Shown piece by piece: positions 8,371-17,750 of a stretch of DNA of 54,708 nt. Position 1 is the first letter of the stretch. Each line of letters begins with the position of its first letter. The stretch comes from a virus (Duplodnaviria > Caudoviricetes). A model generated the notes under the pieces. The model saw only the letters and a list, made by a program, of their open reading frames with translations, made no database searches and was not told the origin of the DNA. The stretch lies in IMG/VR virus record IMGVR_UViG_3300021477_000008, positions 1 through 54,708 of that record; one strand, given 5' to 3'. A program made the translations under genes and the position numbers.

Positions 8371-8676
8371 TTAATCTGCGCCTTCACTATCGTCTTTTCT
8401 GGGCGACAATTCCTCGCGGGCCATTGAATCCCAGTCGCTCATGTCGCCGCCTTCCGGCATCTCAAAATATCCCGTCGTGCCATTGTCACCCATGTCTTCC
8501 GTGACGCAAAACGTCAGCTTGTCGCCCTTCTTTGGCTTTGAACCGGGCGGCGTGACATCGGGCGGCAACGTGACCACATTTTTGTCCGACAAATCCTGCT
8601 CGGGCTGCTCCATTTCCGGCGCAGTCGCGGTTGCCCCCGCATCCCCGGATTCCGGCATGTCTTGGTCGTCAGCCAT
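8371..8676 (-). CDS. Acidic hypothetical protein
   Basis: D/E-rich 101-aa ORF directly after the capsid gene. Confidence 0.65.
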   Translation of the reverse strand: MADDQDMPESGDAGATATAPEMEQPEQDLSDKNVVTLPPDVTPPGSKPKKGDKLTFCVTEDMGDNGTTGYFEMPEGGDMSDWDSMAREELSPRKDDSEGAD

Positions 8677-8688
8677 AGTTTAAAGACG

Positions 8689-8715
8689 GCGCGGTGGGTG
8701 TTGAATCCACCGCGC
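8689..8715 (-). terminator. GC-rich hairpin after the capsid gene (partial terminator or stabiliser)
   Basis: GCGCGGTGG…CCACCGCGC stem, short U tract on the minus strand. Confidence 0.45.
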
Positions 8716-8727
8716 TTTGCAGAACGA

Positions 8728-10230
8728 TTAATCCTCAGGCGGTAGCGACCAAGCCGGAGGATTATATTCTCCGCACATCTGCGCGTACGCCAGCACGCTC
8801 TGGTAATCGCCAGCGGCGGGCGCATTCGGCGCTGTGTTCGTGCGAGGCACGCGCAAGAACGGTTGAGCTTCGCGCATGGCGAGAATGACGCGCTCGGTTT
8901 CAGGATAAATCGTCTGAATGCCGAGGTCATATTCGCCGAGCCAATAGCCCATGTTTTTCTTGTCGTTGTTGTAATTGCACGACACGCCCGTATTCGGGTC
9001 AACGGCGGTGAAGAAATCCGGGGATTTCCACGACCACTTGCCCATGAACGACCGCGCCAAGCCGAACTTCATATCCGGGTTGACGCTGGTGATGTCGCCG
9101 ACGTAAATCGTCCGGGCTTCGCGATTGTAAACGTGGAACATGGCAATCGGCGCGTTCTTCCAGTCTGTCGAATAGACGGGCTTGATGCCGAATGTCGCGG
9201 GCACGTTTTGATACGCTTGGACTTGCTCAATCCAGATTGCGCCAGGCAACGAATTGCCGTTGAAATCCACGCCGTCGAGGTCGGCGCGGAAACGGAATCG
9301 CAACTGCTCCTTTTCCTCCTTGAACAGCCAGTCGCCGCAGCCCGACGTGACGCCGAAGCTGTAGAATGCGCCGCCTTTGGAGAAGTCAGCCGCAGAATAC
9401 ATCTGGGTCAAGGCCGGGTTGGCGTTCATCAAAGACCGGCGCGTGGTCGCGTCAACCGTGATGGAGAACTTGCCGCTGACGAGCCATTCCTTGTCGTGAT
9501 ACCCTTGAGCCGCCAAGTCCTCCTGCATGTTGGCCAGATATTCCATCGTCAACTTGCTGAGATTGGTGGCCAGCAACGCCGTGGTCGTGATGCCGATGGC
9601 TGACAGTTCCAAGTTGGCGTTCAGATTCACCATCAGCGTGTTTTGAGAGCCGACTTTGGATTGTCCTCGCGACACCGCGAACATGTTCGGCGTAATGTCA
9701 ATGGCCACGGGATTGTTGTTGGAATCCTGCACGCCGCCGAGGAACAGGCCCGCCGCCTGAGCGATTGTGCCCGCCTTTTGCAAAACGAGCGTGCGAAGAA
9801 ACCCGGAACAAATGTACTCGGGCAATTCCTGATAACCCGCCGCAATCTGGGCGAGCTTTTGGATGCCCTCCTCGATGGTGTTCAACTGGTCAATGCAAAA
9901 CACCGGGGTCTGGTAATCCACTCGATACCGCTCGAATTTGATTTGGTCAACGCCGTGGGCGATGTAATTACGCTGCGTGGCGCACGGTGTCGAGAGGCAC
10001 GGGTCAGCCGTGTATTGCGGCCAGAGATTCGGGTCGTTGGGCCGGGCGACGTACGTGCGCTCGTGGAAAAGCTGCGTGCCCATGAAGGACGGCCACGTTT
10101 CCGTCTTGTACATGCCGGTGTAGATGTACGTGATGGGCTTGCGGTCTTTCGCAATCTTTTTTACCCAATCGTAAGGCCTTGTACCTAAGAGACTGTTGAA
10201 AGCTTGGCATTGGCTGGAATTGAGCGGCAC
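8728..10230 (-). CDS. Probable major capsid protein
   Basis: 500 aa, GTG start with strong SD (GAAGGAAAGG), biased codon usage, long leader, downstream hairpin and decoration-like genes; assigned by context. Confidence 0.65.
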   Translation of the reverse strand: MPLNSSQCQAFNSLLGTRPYDWVKKIAKDRKPITYIYTGMYKTETWPSFMGTQLFHERTYVARPNDPNLWPQYTADPCLSTPCATQRNYIAHGVDQIKFERYRVDYQTPVFCIDQLNTIEEGIQKLAQIAAGYQELPEYICSGFLRTLVLQKAGTIAQAAGLFLGGVQDSNNNPVAIDITPNMFAVSRGQSKVGSQNTLMVNLNANLELSAIGITTTALLATNLSKLTMEYLANMQEDLAAQGYHDKEWLVSGKFSITVDATTRRSLMNANPALTQMYSAADFSKGGAFYSFGVTSGCGDWLFKEEKEQLRFRFRADLDGVDFNGNSLPGAIWIEQVQAYQNVPATFGIKPVYSTDWKNAPIAMFHVYNREARTIYVGDITSVNPDMKFGLARSFMGKWSWKSPDFFTAVDPNTGVSCNYNNDKKNMGYWLGEYDLGIQTIYPETERVILAMREAQPFLRVPRTNTAPNAPAAGDYQSVLAYAQMCGEYNPPAWSLPPED

Positions 10231-10426
10231 GATTAATCCTTTCCTTCTACGGTTAAATTGTTACTGGCGTTTTGGCCCATAATATTTCGCGTTTTTGCGT
10301 GTGCGTGTTTCGGGTGTTTCGCGGCGACGGGAATTTCCGCTACGTCGAAGTCTCCACTTGGAGGCGGGGGCTATCCGCTATAAGCCTCTGCGTTTGCGAA
10401 CGCTTGATGTCCTACGAATGGAGCAA

Positions 10427-10441
10427 TACGCAGTTTGCGTA
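10427..10441. promoter_or_regulatory. Palindrome TACGCA-GTT-TGCGTA, operator candidate
   Basis: Between the divergent capsid and HTH genes. Confidence 0.35.
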
Positions 10442-10500
10442 AGTTTAGCTATTGAAAAAAGTCCTTGTGTCTGCTTGTGACCCGTGCTAGTGGTTTCCCA

Positions 10501-10689
10501 ATGGCGTTCAGCGATGACCTGAGAAAGTGGCGCGGCAAGTTGCTTCAAAAAGAAGCGGCGGATGTTTTGAAAGTGCCACTGGACACCTACCGCGCATGGG
10601 AACACGGCCAGAGCGAGCCGTCAGAAGCCCCGAACAAGGCCGAGATTCTGAGGCGGATGACAGAGAATATTTCCCGTGCAACAAAATGA
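10501..10689 (+). CDS. Cro/XRE-family HTH regulator
   Basis: LLQKEAADVLKVPLDTYRAWEHGQSEP HTH signature. Confidence 0.85.
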   Translation: MAFSDDLRKWRGKLLQKEAADVLKVPLDTYRAWEHGQSEPSEAPNKAEILRRMTENISRATK

Positions 10690-10874
10690 ACACCTGCAAA
10701 ACATGCAGATGGTGGAATGCCGACACTATTCCTGATACCGACCACAGAGTATGCAAACATCCGAAGATGGGTTGTGAATGGAAAGAAAAGGACACGCTCG
10801 CAAGTATTTGGGACGACATCCGAATTTTCACCGGCCCCGACTTCGGGTGCATCCATTACGAGGAAAAGAAATGA
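10686..10874 (+). CDS. Small Cys-rich phage protein
   Basis: MNTCKTCRWW…TGPDFGCIHY; ATGA overlap. Confidence 0.7.
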   Translation: MNTCKTCRWWNADTIPDTDHRVCKHPKMGCEWKEKDTLASIWDDIRIFTGPDFGCIHYEEKK

Positions 10875-11188
10875 GGCTTAAATCCAAAATGGGTCGTCCT
10901 AGACTCGAAGCGAAAAACAAGCACACCTGTTATTTTGGGGTGTTTCTAAAACCGTCCGAAGCCCTAAATCTAAGAGCGGCTATCAAGCACTCAGGATTAA
11001 GAGAGTCGCAATATATTCGCAAATGTCTGGTCGATGCTGGACTTGGATTGTCGCTCGAATGGCTTATTAAACGAGACCCAACATCCAGAGCTGAGGATGC
11101 GGTTTGTTTTGGCGTGGACAAATGGATAAAACCGCCGTGGATACCGCCTTTGAGAGCGGGCACGTGGGTTAAACACATACGCAAATGA
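10871..11188 (+). CDS. Ribbon-helix-helix-like DNA-binding protein
   Basis: MGRPRL…V.LKPSE…L….SG…SQYIR pattern. Confidence 0.55.
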   Translation: MRLKSKMGRPRLEAKNKHTCYFGVFLKPSEALNLRAAIKHSGLRESQYIRKCLVDAGLGLSLEWLIKRDPTSRAEDAVCFGVDKWIKPPWIPPLRAGTWVKHIRK

Positions 11189-11210
11189 CTTGCATTCATC
11201 ACGAACCAAA

Positions 11211-13526
11211 ATGACCAAGCTCCACATCTGTCTCGGTCGCAACGGAGATATTCTGAACATCCTTTCGTTTCTCTGGCACGACGCGCAAACCGGAGAAAAG
11301 CCGCGCCTCATGGTCGCCGCCGAATGCTCTCCGCTCATGGAAGGCGTGAGTTACGTGGACACCGTGATTTACAACGGGCCGCACTACGAGATTCTGAAAG
11401 CCATTGAGCAGGCGAAAGGCATGGCCGATGAAGTGATTGTGTGCCAGACCAAAGGCCCAAAGGAGGCGATGCCGGAACTGGCCAAGATGCACAAGGGCAA
11501 ACGACCGGCCAGCAACTTTTGCAAGGAATCATGGCAGATGGCGGGGCGATTGCCGGAGTGGGGCAATCTTTACCCGCTGATATTCGACAAACGCGACAAG
11601 GAACGCGAGGCGCGGCTCGTTGACAAATACGGCTTCAAGAAAAAAGGCAGGCCGACAATTCTGCTGGCGATGAACAGCGTTTCCAGTCCGTTCCCGTATC
11701 CTGATTTGCTGAAATTGGTTGTCGAGACGGCGGGAGCGCGTTGTCAGGCCAGAGTCGTTGAAATCAAAAACGACGCCGAACGCATTCAAGACGTGATTGC
11801 GCTGTATGAGCAGAATGTTGTGTGCCTCGTGGCGATTGACTCCGCGCTGTTGCATCTGGCGTGGGCAGTCCCAAAGATGCCGGTGATTGCGCTGGCGCAG
11901 GACACGCCGACATATTGGCACGGGAGCGCGTGGAAACCCAACATGACATTTTATTGTCGGTATCACGATTTTCCGTCGAGAGCGGGTGCGATGGTGGAAA
12001 AGATTCGGCAACTGCGTGCGGGTGAAATCCTCGCGGACACAGCGATGCTCCAATGTTGGAGCGAATACGAGGCCAAACGCACGGAGAAACCGATTGGTGA
12101 AGGACTGGCATTCACGACCGGCATCTGTTCTCGAGACAGCGTGACGTTGAAACTGTCGGAAGCCCGCGTGCCGTATCTCAAGGATTGCCTGAACATGGCG
12201 ATTCAAAAAGCGCATTCGGACGAAACGCTGATTGTACTGCATCGGCCAGACACGATGATTGACGTGAAGGAATTCACGGTAAAACCCCCGTTTTACTGCT
12301 ATCGGATGTCGCTCCCAAACAACGAAAGGAAAGCAATAGCGGAGTTTAGTCCGATAGCAGACTTGTTTTGCGCCAGTCGCAGATGGTGGAAAAGCATCAT
12401 GCCGGAAATACCCGACGTGTTGCTCACCCGAGATTTCGTTTGGAGTCAATGCTTGTGGGCCGCGTTCAAGAAATGCGAGGCGCGTGACGCCACTGGCATC
12501 TCGTTCAGGGTCAAGAAAGAACCAATACCGGGCACATTGGGCGCGGCGGGAAGATACAACCAGGCGCAATGCGCGGCGTATCTCAAGAGCAACCGCATTT
12601 ATTCGCGTTACCCGAAAGTGACGGAGCAATGCGCGTCGGTAGTCATCAAAGGATTGCCGCCATTCGCCTATAACCCGTCGCTTCTGCGATGGAAGGACGG
12701 GTTTTTAATGACGTACCGTTATCACTTCGATGATACGCGCAACACCAAGCTCGGGATTGCGGAACTCGATTCGGGATTTGCCGTCTTGCGCCACGGCGCG
12801 ATGCCGCTGACATCGGAAGCGCAGAGCTACGAGGATGCGCGACTGTTCTCGCTTCACGGCGAAGTCTGGTTTTCGTGGACGGAAGCAAAGGACGTGAACA
12901 CAGCAAGCCCGACTTGCGTTGTCAAATACGCCCAACTTGAGGAAGTGCCGTTATACAAGAAGCAGCCCGAGCGATGGGTCATCAGCCGCGTGTACCAGAT
13001 AGCAAGCGGTGCGAACGACTGGACGACGATGCAAAAGAACTGGGTGTTCTTCGAGTCCGACGAAAACCTGTTTTGCATCTATCGTTCGATACCGCTTTTG
13101 GTGGTCTGGCAGGTTCAAGGCGAGAAGGTGATTGCCGAGCATAACCAGCCGGGGGTGCAATGGCCGTATGGCGACATTCGCGGCGGCGGCGTCATCGCTA
13201 TAGACGGAAAGCTCTTGCGCCTGTTTCACTCACCGTTGGACAATGACCCGTCCACGAACCGGCAACGGCGTTATTTCATTGGGGCGGCGGTGATGGAATA
13301 CAAACCGCCGTTTACAACATTGGGCGTGACGAAACACCCGATTATTTACGGAAGCGAGATTGACAGCCTGAGTCCGGGAGAACGGAAATCCTGCAAACAC
13401 TTCAAGCCGTCCGTGGCGATTCCCTACGGGTTGATTGACGACGGGGAGAGCGTGCTGGCGGCGATTGGCGTCAACGATTCGTCGTGTGTCGTGTCGAGAA
13501 TTCCAAAGAGCAAATTACCTCTATGA
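11211..13526 (+). CDS. Multidomain glyco-enzyme: GT9-like N-terminus plus C-terminal five-bladed beta-propeller (GH130/GH43-clan-like)
   Basis: N-terminal GRNGDIL and DSALLHLAWA (GT9-like); C-terminal YNPSL, YEDARLF, QKNWVFF, IRGG, FHS and GVND motifs. Confidence 0.7.
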   Translation: MTKLHICLGRNGDILNILSFLWHDAQTGEKPRLMVAAECSPLMEGVSYVDTVIYNGPHYEILKAIEQAKGMADEVIVCQTKGPKEAMPELAKMHKGKRPASNFCKESWQMAGRLPEWGNLYPLIFDKRDKEREARLVDKYGFKKKGRPTILLAMNSVSSPFPYPDLLKLVVETAGARCQARVVEIKNDAERIQDVIALYEQNVVCLVAIDSALLHLAWAVPKMPVIALAQDTPTYWHGSAWKPNMTFYCRYHDFPSRAGAMVEKIRQLRAGEILADTAMLQCWSEYEAKRTEKPIGEGLAFTTGICSRDSVTLKLSEARVPYLKDCLNMAIQKAHSDETLIVLHRPDTMIDVKEFTVKPPFYCYRMSLPNNERKAIAEFSPIADLFCASRRWWKSIMPEIPDVLLTRDFVWSQCLWAAFKKCEARDATGISFRVKKEPIPGTLGAAGRYNQAQCAAYLKSNRIYSRYPKVTEQCASVVIKGLPPFAYNPSLLRWKDGFLMTYRYHFDDTRNTKLGIAELDSGFAVLRHGAMPLTSEAQSYEDARLFSLHGEVWFSWTEAKDVNTASPTCVVKYAQLEEVPLYKKQPERWVISRVYQIASGANDWTTMQKNWVFFESDENLFCIYRSIPLLVVWQVQGEKVIAEHNQPGVQWPYGDIRGGGVIAIDGKLLRLFHSPLDNDPSTNRQRRYFIGAAVMEYKPPFTTLGVTKHPIIYGSEIDSLSPGERKSCKHFKPSVAIPYGLIDDGESVLAAIGVNDSSCVVSRIPKSKLPL

Positions 13527-14170
13527 GCGCACAAGGCGTCCACAAAATAACCGCCGAGTTCGAGGCCGAGCTTTGCCGGTACTTGAATGCTCCCTTTGCG
13601 GTCGCCGTGGATAATGCGAGCAACGCACTATTTTTGTGCCTGATGCGAGAAATCGCAACCGGCAGGCTGTCGAGAGGCGATGAGATTTGGATTCCACGAC
13701 ACACGTATGTATCCGTGCCATGCGAGATAATTCTTGCGGGCTTAAAAGTGCGCTGGCTTAACAAGCCGTCCCCCATGTTGACGGGAGAATACAAATTGAA
13801 GCCTTCCCGAGTGTGGGATTCGGCATTACGATTCACGTCGAACATGTGGCGATTGGGGCAACTTCAATGCGTTTCCTTCACCGGCCCTAATAAACACCTA
13901 AAACTTGGGAAGGGCGGAGCAATCCTTTGCGATTCTTCGGCTGACGCTGAATGGTTCAAACGCGCTCGCAACTCGGGACGCGGTGAATGCAGTTATCACG
14001 ATGACACGTTCACCATGATTGGCCGCAACTGCTACATGCACCCGTCCGTGGCCGCGCTCGGGTTGCAACTCATGGGCCAATTTTATCATCTCGACGGGAG
14101 CAAAAAGCAGATGCCGGACATCAGCTTGCCGTATCCTGACCTTAGCAAATTTCCAATCTACACCCAATGA
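13523..14170 (+). CDS. DegT/DnrJ/EryC1/StrS-family PLP aminotransferase (short form)
   Basis: FEAELCRYL.APFAVAV, TYVSV, WDSA, SFTGPNKHLKLGKGGAIL; only 215 aa. Confidence 0.85.
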   Translation: MSAQGVHKITAEFEAELCRYLNAPFAVAVDNASNALFLCLMREIATGRLSRGDEIWIPRHTYVSVPCEIILAGLKVRWLNKPSPMLTGEYKLKPSRVWDSALRFTSNMWRLGQLQCVSFTGPNKHLKLGKGGAILCDSSADAEWFKRARNSGRGECSYHDDTFTMIGRNCYMHPSVAALGLQLMGQFYHLDGSKKQMPDISLPYPDLSKFPIYTQ

Positions 14171-14787
14171 GCCAACTCGTCATCATAGGCAGCGGCGGTC
14201 ACGCGGGCGTCGTGATTGACGCCATCAATTATTGGAATTATTGGAAAGATGGCCGCTACACGCCTCGCCTTGTAATCGTGGACGATACTTTAGAGCCGGG
14301 ACAAATGCGGCACGGACGCATTGTTTCTCGCACCGGAAACATCACTTACCCTGACCTTTGTGAAGTGTTCATCGCAATTGGGGACAATGCGGTACGTGAG
14401 AGAATATCAGCAGAATGGTCATTCGTTTACACGAACGTAATTCATCCCAAATCGGATGTGAGGACTCCCATCCTCACTCGCGGCAACTACATCGGAGCGA
14501 ACGCAGTCATAAATCCCGGTTGTCGCGTCGGCAATTTCTGCATTATCAACACCGGCGCGATTCTTGAACATGACAGCAGCATCGGGGATTTTTCATCGCT
14601 CGCACCCGGCGTCGTCACCGGCGGTCGGGTAAAGATTGGAGACAGGACGGCCATCGGTCTTGGCGCGATGATTCGGGACGGCGTGACCATTGGAAATAAT
14701 TGCAGCATTGGCATGGGGGCGGTTGTGTTGGATGACATCCCGGACAATTCGACAGCGTGGGGGAATCCGGCAAGGATACAGAAATGA
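14167..14787 (+). CDS. PglD/NeuD-family sugar acetyltransferase (left-handed beta-helix)
   Basis: IIGSGGHAGVV, IAIGDNAVR, INTGAILEHD, hexapeptide repeats, GNPAR. Confidence 0.92.
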   Translation: MSQLVIIGSGGHAGVVIDAINYWNYWKDGRYTPRLVIVDDTLEPGQMRHGRIVSRTGNITYPDLCEVFIAIGDNAVRERISAEWSFVYTNVIHPKSDVRTPILTRGNYIGANAVINPGCRVGNFCIINTGAILEHDSSIGDFSSLAPGVVTGGRVKIGDRTAIGLGAMIRDGVTIGNNCSIGMGAVVLDDIPDNSTAWGNPARIQK

Positions 14788-15404
14788 AAATCGGCAACTA
14801 CAACATCCGCGCTTTCTGCGTCACCGTTCAGGAAATGCCTGAGCGCTGGGAGTTTATTTCAAAACACTTCAAAGATGTTGGATTCGAGTGCGAACCGTTT
14901 AACGGAATTAGCGCAGAAGCCTCAGGACTTCGCACGACTCACCCGTATGAGCGAGACGCCCCCGGCAGCGGTTGGAACATCGGAAAACGCCCCGTGGCGT
15001 GCTGGTTGTCGTTCTACATGCTTTGGAGCGCCCTCAATTTGCTGGACGACGAATATTTCCTCACAGTTGAATGGGATTGCAAAATGCCGACTTACTGGAA
15101 ACAGCGCACCGAAGACGCGCTGCGAGACGTTCCAAGAGATTTCGACATGCTTCTGCTCGGGTCATGTTGCTGCAAAGACAGGCCCACGACTCACGTTGCC
15201 GGAAATGTCTATGAAGTGAAGTATCCCCAGTGTGGACATGCGACGATTATCGCCAAGAAAGCGTTGCCGACGATTCTGGCGACGCAGCGCAAAGTGTACG
15301 CCCCGCTCGATATTTCCTTGATGCTCCACACGATGCCGTTGCTCAAGGTTTACACCGTGCTCCCGCGCATCGCAGACCAATTTGACACTCAACTCCCTCA
15401 ATGA
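14784..15404 (+). CDS. Glycosyltransferase family 25-like
   Basis: ERW…F.GI…ACWLSFYMLW…VEWD…DFDMLLLG…PLD…Q pattern of GT25. Confidence 0.75.
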   Translation: MKIGNYNIRAFCVTVQEMPERWEFISKHFKDVGFECEPFNGISAEASGLRTTHPYERDAPGSGWNIGKRPVACWLSFYMLWSALNLLDDEYFLTVEWDCKMPTYWKQRTEDALRDVPRDFDMLLLGSCCCKDRPTTHVAGNVYEVKYPQCGHATIIAKKALPTILATQRKVYAPLDISLMLHTMPLLKVYTVLPRIADQFDTQLPQ

Positions 15405-15419
15405 TATAACCACAATCAC

Positions 15420-15704
15420 ATGAATACTTCTGATTCCATTAACGAATTGTTTGAAGGCGGGATTCTCGGAATGAACATCGGCAGACCGCCAGCCGGTCAA
15501 GGCAGCGCAAAATATTTCATCAACGCCGGGCAGGGCGTCCCGACCGGTGACGTTGGAAATCACATGCAGATTCAGCATCAAGTCGTCGGCGAAAGCATCC
15601 CGGAATGCCTTGAGAAGCTGAGAAAGCAGGTCGAACAAGCCGCCGAACTCAAAACCGAACCCACGGGCATCATACGGATGCCGAACCCGAACGGAAGGGG
15701 ATGA
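15420..15704 (+). CDS. Hypothetical protein
   Basis: 94-aa ORF in operon. Confidence 0.65.
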   Translation: MNTSDSINELFEGGILGMNIGRPPAGQGSAKYFINAGQGVPTGDVGNHMQIQHQVVGESIPECLEKLRKQVEQAAELKTEPTGIIRMPNPNGRG

Positions 15705-15705
15705 C

Positions 15706-15993
15706 ATGACCTCTGCGAAAAAACTCGTTTGGGCAAACAAAGAATTGCGGGAATGGTGGGTCGGGGTCGCCACTCATCCTTACTTCAATCAAGTGTGGGT
15801 GCTGGCCAAAGCCGATTTGTTCGACCAGGACATCCCGAACGAACAATTCAAGGGTGCGAAACTCATCATGGACACGTTGCAGGAATTCGCCGCGCCCGAA
15901 GGCGCATCAGCCGAAGTGCCGTCGCCGGGAATTGTCCATGTCCTGCCCAATCCGCGAGTAAAGAAAGAGAAAACCGTCGCAGCAACGGACTGA
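15706..15993 (+). CDS. Hypothetical protein
   Basis: 95-aa ORF preceding the scaffold-like gene. Confidence 0.65.
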   Translation: MTSAKKLVWANKELREWWVGVATHPYFNQVWVLAKADLFDQDIPNEQFKGAKLIMDTLQEFAAPEGASAEVPSPGIVHVLPNPRVKKEKTVAATD

Positions 15994-15996
15994 TTT

Positions 15997-17295
15997 ATGC
16001 CAGAAACCACACTCCAAGTTCCCGCATCGGCAACGCCTATGGGCGGCACGGTAACGACCGAAACCGCGTCACCGGCGCAAAATGCGCCCGGCTCATCCAC
16101 GACCGATACATCCACGAACAAAGACGGCGGCATTGACGTTGGCGCATGGGACAAGCTCGTGGAACGCGAGGGCGGCAAACCCGATGCCGAGCCGGAAGCC
16201 AAGGCTGATAAACCGGCCTCAAAGGCGGCAGACAAACCCAAACCCGCCGAGGCGAAGAAACCGGAGTCCAAGAAACCAGAGGAAAAACCCAAGCTGGAGG
16301 ATAAGGCCGAAACAAAACCAGAGGATAAGCCAGTCGAAAAAAAGGTGGGCGCACCCGGCGAACAAAACTGGCAGGCGGGCCCGAAACAACTCCGCGAGCG
16401 CAAGGAGCAGCTTGAGAAGGAGCTTGGCGAGTCCACCCAGACCATAAACGACCTCAAGACCAAAATTGCGGACTGGGAGAAACGCGGCAAGGATACCGAG
16501 GGCTTGCTGGCTCAACTCGACGCCGAGCGCAAGGAAAAGGAAGCGATTCTTGCCGAGAACCGGATGCTCAAGCAGGAATCATCGCCCGAATTCAAGGAGA
16601 AGTACGACAAGCCGTTTGAAAGGCAGGTTGCCTTTGCCCAAAACAACCTCGTCGGCCTGACCAAGCAGGACGGTTCGCCGTTCACTTGGGAAAAGGATTT
16701 TGTGAGCATGTACTCGATGCCGCCCGCCGCCGCGCACGCCGCCGCCGAGGAAATGCTTGGCCCGAAACAAGCCCAAATCGTGATGAACGAGATTCGGGAC
16801 TTGAAGAAGCTGGACTTTGAGCGCAGCGCCGCCCTGCGTGCCGAGAAGGAACAATACGCGGAAAAGACAAAAGCTGACCAAGCCAAATCCGCCGAGGTCA
16901 AGGCCCGAGAACAGCAGCAGCAGGCCACGCAACGCAAGGCGCTGGAAGAAGCGTGGACAAAGGTGAATCAGGACTTGGAAGCCAGCGAAGATTACAAGAC
17001 AGACCCGGGCGACAAGGAAATTATCGCGGCCCGTAACAAGGATTTGGCCATATTCGACAAACCCTCGAAGAACATCGAGGAAAAAATCGTCAAGGACGCC
17101 CATATCCGTCAGCGCGTCGGCTCGTGGGTCGTACAACGGATTCTCATTGGCCGATTACAGCAACAGCTTGCCGAACTCAAGGAACAGCTTGAGGACAAAG
17201 AACCGTTGCCGCCCAATGGCGGTCGTCATGCCGGGGGCGACCGCGTGAAACCGGAAGATGAACCGTTTGAGACGGCGGCGCTCAAAATCCGATAA
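15997..17295 (+). CDS. Probable capsid scaffolding protein
   Basis: Disordered K/P/E-rich N-terminus, long coiled coils, Pro/Gly tail; assigned by composition. Confidence 0.55.
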   Translation: MPETTLQVPASATPMGGTVTTETASPAQNAPGSSTTDTSTNKDGGIDVGAWDKLVEREGGKPDAEPEAKADKPASKAADKPKPAEAKKPESKKPEEKPKLEDKAETKPEDKPVEKKVGAPGEQNWQAGPKQLRERKEQLEKELGESTQTINDLKTKIADWEKRGKDTEGLLAQLDAERKEKEAILAENRMLKQESSPEFKEKYDKPFERQVAFAQNNLVGLTKQDGSPFTWEKDFVSMYSMPPAAAHAAAEEMLGPKQAQIVMNEIRDLKKLDFERSAALRAEKEQYAEKTKADQAKSAEVKAREQQQQATQRKALEEAWTKVNQDLEASEDYKTDPGDKEIIAARNKDLAIFDKPSKNIEEKIVKDAHIRQRVGSWVVQRILIGRLQQQLAELKEQLEDKEPLPPNGGRHAGGDRVKPEDEPFETAALKIR

Positions 17296-17750
17296 TGCTC
17301 AAGACGCTCCCCGACATCTCGTTTCCGATAACGAAATCGTCCATCAATCCTTTGATGGATTGCATTGTTCAACTCAACACCCAGGACGCCGGATTGCCGG
17401 AAGGGATGCAACGCGCGTTGGGCATCTATTTTCACACATACGATTTGTTCGTGAAAAGCAAGGGCCGCATCAATTATCTTGGACGCGACGGCAGGGAACG
17501 ATTGAAACAGGACGCCTCGATGTTTGTTCAATCCCAAATCGTGACGCGCAATGGCGATTTAAGCGCCGCGCATCTGGCGATTGATTACTCCGACACCATC
17601 GTTCGATGCCGCGAAATGGGCATCACTCCGCTGACCGGGGATGTGGCGGCGTTAATTGCCGAATGCACAGACATGCAGGGCATGAGCGTGGAGATGGAAA
17701 AGCGGGTCGGCTTGCTGATGGACATGCTCGGAAAGAAGTCGGTGGTTTAA
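17295..17750 (+). CDS. Hypothetical protein (paralog family B)
   Basis: TAATG-coupled to the scaffold gene; LTGDVAALIAECTDM matches LTTDVNTIIKECGTM of 7928-8362. Confidence 0.65.
   Translation: MLKTLPDISFPITKSSINPLMDCIVQLNTQDAGLPEGMQRALGIYFHTYDLFVKSKGRINYLGRDGRERLKQDASMFVQSQIVTRNGDLSAAHLAIDYSDTIVRCREMGITPLTGDVAALIAECTDMQGMSVEMEKRVGLLMDMLGKKSVV

Noticed and set aside
11529-12629. 366-aa antisense ORF
   Set aside because: Shadow of the glyco-enzyme gene in a GC-rich genome; no motifs or RBS
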